Positions 59,073 through 64,000 of a stretch of DNA of 64,000 bases are shown here, piece by piece. The DNA lies in assembly GCA_026936335.1 (NCBI GenBank), contig JAPMXV010000041.1:100708-164707 (forward strand). The letters run 5' to 3'. Position 1 is the first letter of the stretch. Each line of letters starts with the position of its first letter. This DNA comes from Mantamonas sphyraenae STR306. Its lineage: Eukaryota; Protista; CRuMs. The translations under genes were made by a program, and so were the position numbers. The notes under the pieces were generated by a model. It was not told the DNA's origin. It ran no database searches and worked only from the letters and a program-made list of their open reading frames with translations.

Positions 59073-59742
59073 TTCCTCTCCCTACCTGTTGGCAGAGGGA
59101 TGACGATGATGCAACAAATTCCCTCGGCTTGCCCTTCTGCGCATTGGCTCTCTCTTGCTGTCTCTGTTTCTGTTTGGCGTGGATGGAGGTGTACAACTCG
59201 CTCTTGCCGAAGCGCCCTGCACTTGGGGCCCAGCTCAGCATGCTTGCCCGCTCGTCCACTTCCACCGCTTGTGTGAGCTGTGACACAAACTCGGGGTTGC
59301 GAAAGTCCTTGCGCTGCTCGAGTGTGGCATTGAAATCCTGCGGCTTGCTCAGAAACGTTGCGATGCGCTCTTGCAACGCCGGTGCAGCTTCCTCCTCCGG
59401 CACAGGTGGCAGGAATCGGTCGATGAGTTCCTGTTGGTGAGCGCTGGGCACGAATTCGTCACCCAGTGTCTTGTCCAGCGTCGACACGTGTGTCTCGTCG
59501 GGTGGAATCACCTCTCCCGTCTCTTCCTGCTCCTCCTGCGTCTCTGTGTGTGCACTCACGTCGCCTGGCTCCTCAATAGCCGCCTCCACTTCCTCTTCTG
59601 AGTTTCTTTCGCCCTGTGTGTCTCCATTCTCCTTTGGTGGCTCAGACGCCACCTCGGTGTCCATGCGCTCCCCGCCGTCAGGCTCTGCTTCCGAGTCAGA
59701 CGAGTCCTCCGAGCCGTAGCCCTTGAGCATGGAGATGGACAT
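59069..59742 (-). CDS. SAP30BP/HCNGP-like protein; 3' end uncertain
   Basis: GYGSED start; LPPVP..LQERI..FNATLEQRKDFRNPEF. Confidence 0.72.
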
Positions 59743-59818
59743 GGTCTGTACACGCGCGACTGCCCTTTGTGCACAACAACTGCGTTTCCACTGCGCACGT
59801 CTGCGCAGAACAATCACC

Positions 59819-60545
59819 ATGTCCCGCCTTCCGCTGCTCCTTTCCATCCTCCTCCTCCTCCTCCTGGCCTCTCTGGCGGAAGCAACGGCGTCCGACGACG
59901 GAAGCAGTGCAGAGGATACACCAACTTCTGACCCGCATGCAGAGGTTGTCCAACTGGCACAGGAAATGGGTCTGCAGCCAGAACAGGTGATTGATCCTGA
60001 CGATCTGAGAGCGCATGCGAGAGCAGGTGGACCAGCAGGGTGATTCCAAGCAATCACAACACTCTGTGGCCGATGTAACTTTGCCCGAGGCATACGTGGC
60101 GGCGTTTGAGATCACCCACCGCAACAAACCAGGCAAAGATCTTGGTCGCGAGTACTTTGACGCTGCAAACGGCGTGCACATGGTGTCTGTGCTGGCTGCC
60201 AGCCACGCTCATGGCACTTCTGCGTCAACGCAGAACACGTGGGTGCACCACTTTGTGCAGCTGGGCAAGAAGCGCGTGCGGCAAACGGCCGAAACCTTTT
60301 GCGCCGAAACGGCTCTGCAGCTGGCACCGTTGGCAGCCAACGTCACCTCAGAACATCCCATCGACGTGCGCAGCGACTCGATGCGACTGCAGTACACCCA
60401 TTTGCAACGTCACAGTCTGCGTCCATCCGACGCGGTCGTGCGCGAGAAACTCGACGCTCATTCGCGGTGTTCCAACGCCCCAAGCTCACTCCATTTGGAT
60501 GCATTGCACGAGTATCTTGCACTGCGTGCTCACGTAGCCCCGTAG
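59819..60545 (+). CDS. Hypothetical secreted protein
   Basis: Signal-peptide-like MSRLPLLLSILLLLLLASLAEA; continues in a second frame (intron or frameshift). Confidence 0.4.
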
Positions 60546-60587
60546 CTTCTTTTTGTACAAAAATTTTCACGTCTCACCGTTCTCACT

Positions 60588-62398
60588 TCACTCGTCGTCA
60601 AACACGCTTCGCAGCGACAGGCCCAATCGCTCCTTGATCTCTTTCTGGGAGAGCATGGGCAGCTCGCGGGCAAGCACAGTGACCACATCTTCCGCTGCAC
60701 TGCTGGCAAGGTTGTGGCCGCAGTTGACGGCACGCTGGTAGGCCTTGACAAATTTGGGCAGGACAAGACGGGTACGTTCAGCGCCCAGAGAGGCACACAG
60801 CAGGGGCAGCTGCTTCCACACGGTTTCCAACAGGTACGGGTAGTGCACAAAAGGCATGTCCAGGTCAGCAATATCCGCCAGGGTGTCGATGTGCTCCATG
60901 GCGGCGTCTGCATACCCATTTGCTGCCACCTCACGCAGCAGATACACGGCTCCATCGGTGCTCTCCCAGGGCTCCTTCTCGCGCGTGAAACCGTGGTCCA
61001 TGCAGCCTGCGCCACGTGCCAGCTTGGGTGCCAACGAGCCGCAGGAAAACATGGGCTGGTCCGAGTGCAGCGCCTTGTCGTTGTCGCGTGCGGCCTTGGA
61101 GCTGCCGGCCACACCAAAAACTGCGTCACATTGTCCAACCCAGCCATGCTGACGCTGTCTTCGGGCTGGTCGTACACAGCACGCAGGAGCTCGTCCAGCA
61201 CAGGACCCACGCGCTCCATGGCCTCATCGCCGTACGCACGCACCACCTTGCCCAAGGACACGGCGCTGTTCTCGCGCACACTCCAGATGTTGTCGCTGAG
61301 GTGAGCAATCCACAGGTGGTAGAGCTCGTCCAGCACCTCGCGCGACTCCTCTTTGCAGGCGGCCACAAAGCTGCCTGTAGCGTTGCAGGCTGCATCGCGT
61401 ACAGGCCAGCTGGCATCGCGGAAGCAATCCAGCAGGGCAGTGAGCATGGTGGGCACATGTGCACGCACTGCATCGGCGTCAATCTTGGTGGCCAGTTCGG
61501 CCATGCAGTGGCAGGCTGCCTCGCGCACCGCATGGTTGTCCTCGCTCAGGTTGGCCATCAGCTCACGCACAGCCACAGACGCATGAAGCGCACCTGGCTC
61601 AGTTGTCATGCCAGGCCGTCTGCAATCAGCCCTGCCAGCAGCTTCCACAAACGATTCCTTTGTGTCGCTGTCCACCACATGGGCATCGTCGCACACGTAA
61701 GTGGCCGATCTCGCGTACAAAGCGGTTGCTGTGCTGTACACTGATCTCCACCAGTCCCAGCATCTGTTCGTCACCTCGCCCCGTGCCTCTGTGTCCAGAC
61801 CGCGCAGGATCGACTGCAGCGCCTTCAGCGACGTCTCCAAACACTTCCAGCCTTCTCGGTATCGTGCATCATGCTCGTTCCAGCACCCTACACTCATGCC
61901 TCACCATAAAACCACGCGGCGACACGCGTCCGCTCAGCGGGCCGTCGGTGCCAAACGTCCCGTCCTGTTCCGCCTTCCAATTTCTGTACCATCCTCCTCC
62001 TCTGGTCACCTCTGCCACACCTCCATGTTGCTTTCGATCGACTCGTACAAGCGCTTTGCATCTGGTTGCAGCAAGTCCACGCCCAGGGTGCGCGCAAGCT
62101 CAAAGCAGGCACTCGCACAACGCGTTGCGCACACGCACCTCTTCATGCTCCAGATACCGTCCACGTAATCCACAACACGCTCCAGCCATTCGATGTCCCG
62201 CTTTCCTTTGTCGTCCAGTGGCACCACGGCCTGTGTAGCGTGCGTGCGGCGCGTGTGAGTCAAATTCCGCAATGCACACGGTTGGAGTACCCGTTCCGGC
62301 CTTTCACTCACCTTGGCTGCATTGAAACCGCTCTGCAGCTGTTCCCACTCGCCGTTGTTGGCCAGCATGCTCAGCACCGCTTCCTGGATCGTTGCCAC
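60588..62398 (-). CDS. Conserved HEAT-repeat protein, introns and apparent frameshifts
   Basis: NHAVREAACHC, DASWPVRDAAC, HLSDNIWSVRENSA, FSCGSLAPKL..GCMDHGF..PWESTDG. Confidence 0.7.
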
Positions 62399-62690
62399 AT
62401 CCTTTGCGCCTGCTCCTGCTTAGCCACATCCTCTCGGTCGTCGCTTCGCGCTGAGAGCCACTCGAGCCATGATAAGCAGTGTTCCAGCTTGCGTTGAGCC
62501 TTGTCACGCGTCAAATGCATATGATCGCCAATCACGAAAGATGGCTGTCAATGTCCACGGTGGAAGCGTTCATCGATGTTGCAGTGGTGGAGAATCAGAA
62601 TGGGATCGACTTGCCGTGGTGGGCCAGCGCCGTTGCCGCCACCAAAACAGACCCCCCCACCCTCGCCGGAAAGCCAGCGCAACCGCGACC

Positions 62691-64000
62691 ATGGAAGGAG
62701 AGTATTATGATTTGTCTCGAGACAACCAGCGAGTTAACATGCGCAACGGCGACTTCTACCCGGGACTCGCCACGAGCACAGGTGATGCCGTGCACATGAA
62801 TCACAGCCGCCAAAGCTCAACGGCAACCCAGAAACCGAAAGTGGGTCTCTTGTCCATGGCCGCCCGTTCGCCGACAAGTGGTGGTGACGCCAACACGTGA
62901 TGACGGCAAGGTGGCTTGCCGCGCCTGCACGGTGTGGAGATTCGAATGGCGACTGCGACTTTATTTCGGACCGCACGCATCGCTTCGGTAGGTTTTGTGG
63001 GACATTGCGTCAGCGTCCATCTGAATGTCCTTGCCCTGTTGTCCTGTTGCGTCGTCGTGTGATTTGTTGTGCCTATGCTCTGTACAGGCTCGCGTAGGGC
63101 GCCGGAAGGCGGAAAAACCCTCTCCGCGGCAGAATTCATTCCGCCCTTTTGCGCGCGATGTGGCGTTTCCTGCGCGTCGCAGCGGCACTGACAATGACGA
63201 TGCACGTGGACGCGCAAACACACCCTCTCAGTTGGCACTGAAGCACCGGTCGGACAAGACACAGCACTCGCGGCTGATCCTGTTCTGCGGGTCGCCGATG
63301 AACGTGGAGGCCAAGCCGCTGAAGAAGCTGGCGACAGATCTGCGCAAGGCCGGCGTGGCAGTGGATGTCATCTCCATGGCGAGAACGAACAGAACGACGA
63401 GGTGCTCCAGGAGTTTGTCAACAAGGTGGCAGGCGAGTCGTCCCGCTTCCTGAGTGTGGAGGCGCACAAGGACGTGTGCGACGCTCTCCGCAACGCAAAC
63501 ATGCTCTACGACGTGGACAGCGGCCTGGGCGGGCTCGGAGGAGGCGGAGGTGACATGGGCGGCAAGTGGCATGGATGTGGAGGGACTCTCTGGCGCAGGT
63601 GGAGGCATGCAGTTTGAAGAGTTTTGGCGGCTTCAACCCCAACCTGGATCCGGAAATGGCCGCGGCCATGCAGGAGTCCATCCGCGAGGCACAACAGCGC
63701 GCAGAGGCAGAGGCCACCCAGGCATCTCTGGATGAGGCCAACAACAACAGCAACAGCAACAGCAACAACAACACAGACACAGAGGGCAGCAACAACGACA
63801 CAATGGATGTGGAGGACAAGGCAGATGCAGGCCAAAGCACCACAACCACAACCACAAGCACATCGGGTGGCACGGGCTGAGGACGACGATGAGGAGGACG
63901 ACGAGGAAGAGGACGACGAAGATGACGAGAACGAGGCGATGCAGAGGGCGTTGCAAATGTCGCTTGCTGGCGGGGCGTCCAACTCACACAGCGGCAACAA
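62691..64000 (+). CDS. RPN10: 26S proteasome subunit RPN10/PSMD4 (VWA + UIMs), frameshifted in this assembly, runs off the window
   Basis: ESIMICL, MRNGDFYP, LALKHR, RLILFCGSP, VAVDVIS, PNLDPEMAAAMQES, EAMQRALQMS. Confidence 0.82.

Noticed and set aside
48500-64000. Pseudogenisation or programmed frameshifting of PCIF1, NEK, ALDH, the ThDP enzyme and RPN10
   Set aside because: Scattered 1-bp indels in many conserved genes are best explained by unpolished long-read errors. The same caveat applies to the transposase frameshift near 45000.

Overview
GC-rich, very gene-dense eukaryotic (protist-like) DNA with short GT-AG introns, often (TG)n/(CA)n-rich. Host genes: an LRR-PH-PLAT protein, a cAMP-receptor-like GPCR, paxillin, GCP5, VPS35, an ENT transporter, ELMOD, TSR2, five small membrane paralogs, MCM3, NADSYN1, PCIF1, PTH2, a NEK kinase, PITP, cytochrome b5, an ALDH plus ThDP-enzyme pair, SAP30BP-like, a HEAT protein and RPN10. 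The main finding is two highly diverged ~8.5 kb insertions (about 14915-23300 and 37100-45802) with the same minus-strand layout. Each has an IS630/Tc1-mariner transposase, then a spliced giant gene (~1860 aa and ~2040 aa), then a hairpin-rich 3' segment ending at TA. Once introns are removed, the giant gene fuses an N-terminal USP-type (C19) deubiquitinase-like domain, with Cys and His boxes intact, to a C-terminal Fanzor/TnpB RuvC-zinc-finger nuclease. The hairpin segment is a candidate omegaRNA. A second notable locus is a head-to-head pair of bacterial-like genes resembling 2-oxoglutarate decarboxylase and succinic semialdehyde dehydrogenase. Many conserved genes carry 1-bp frameshifts, probably assembly errors. 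All calls are by eye; no database searches were run.
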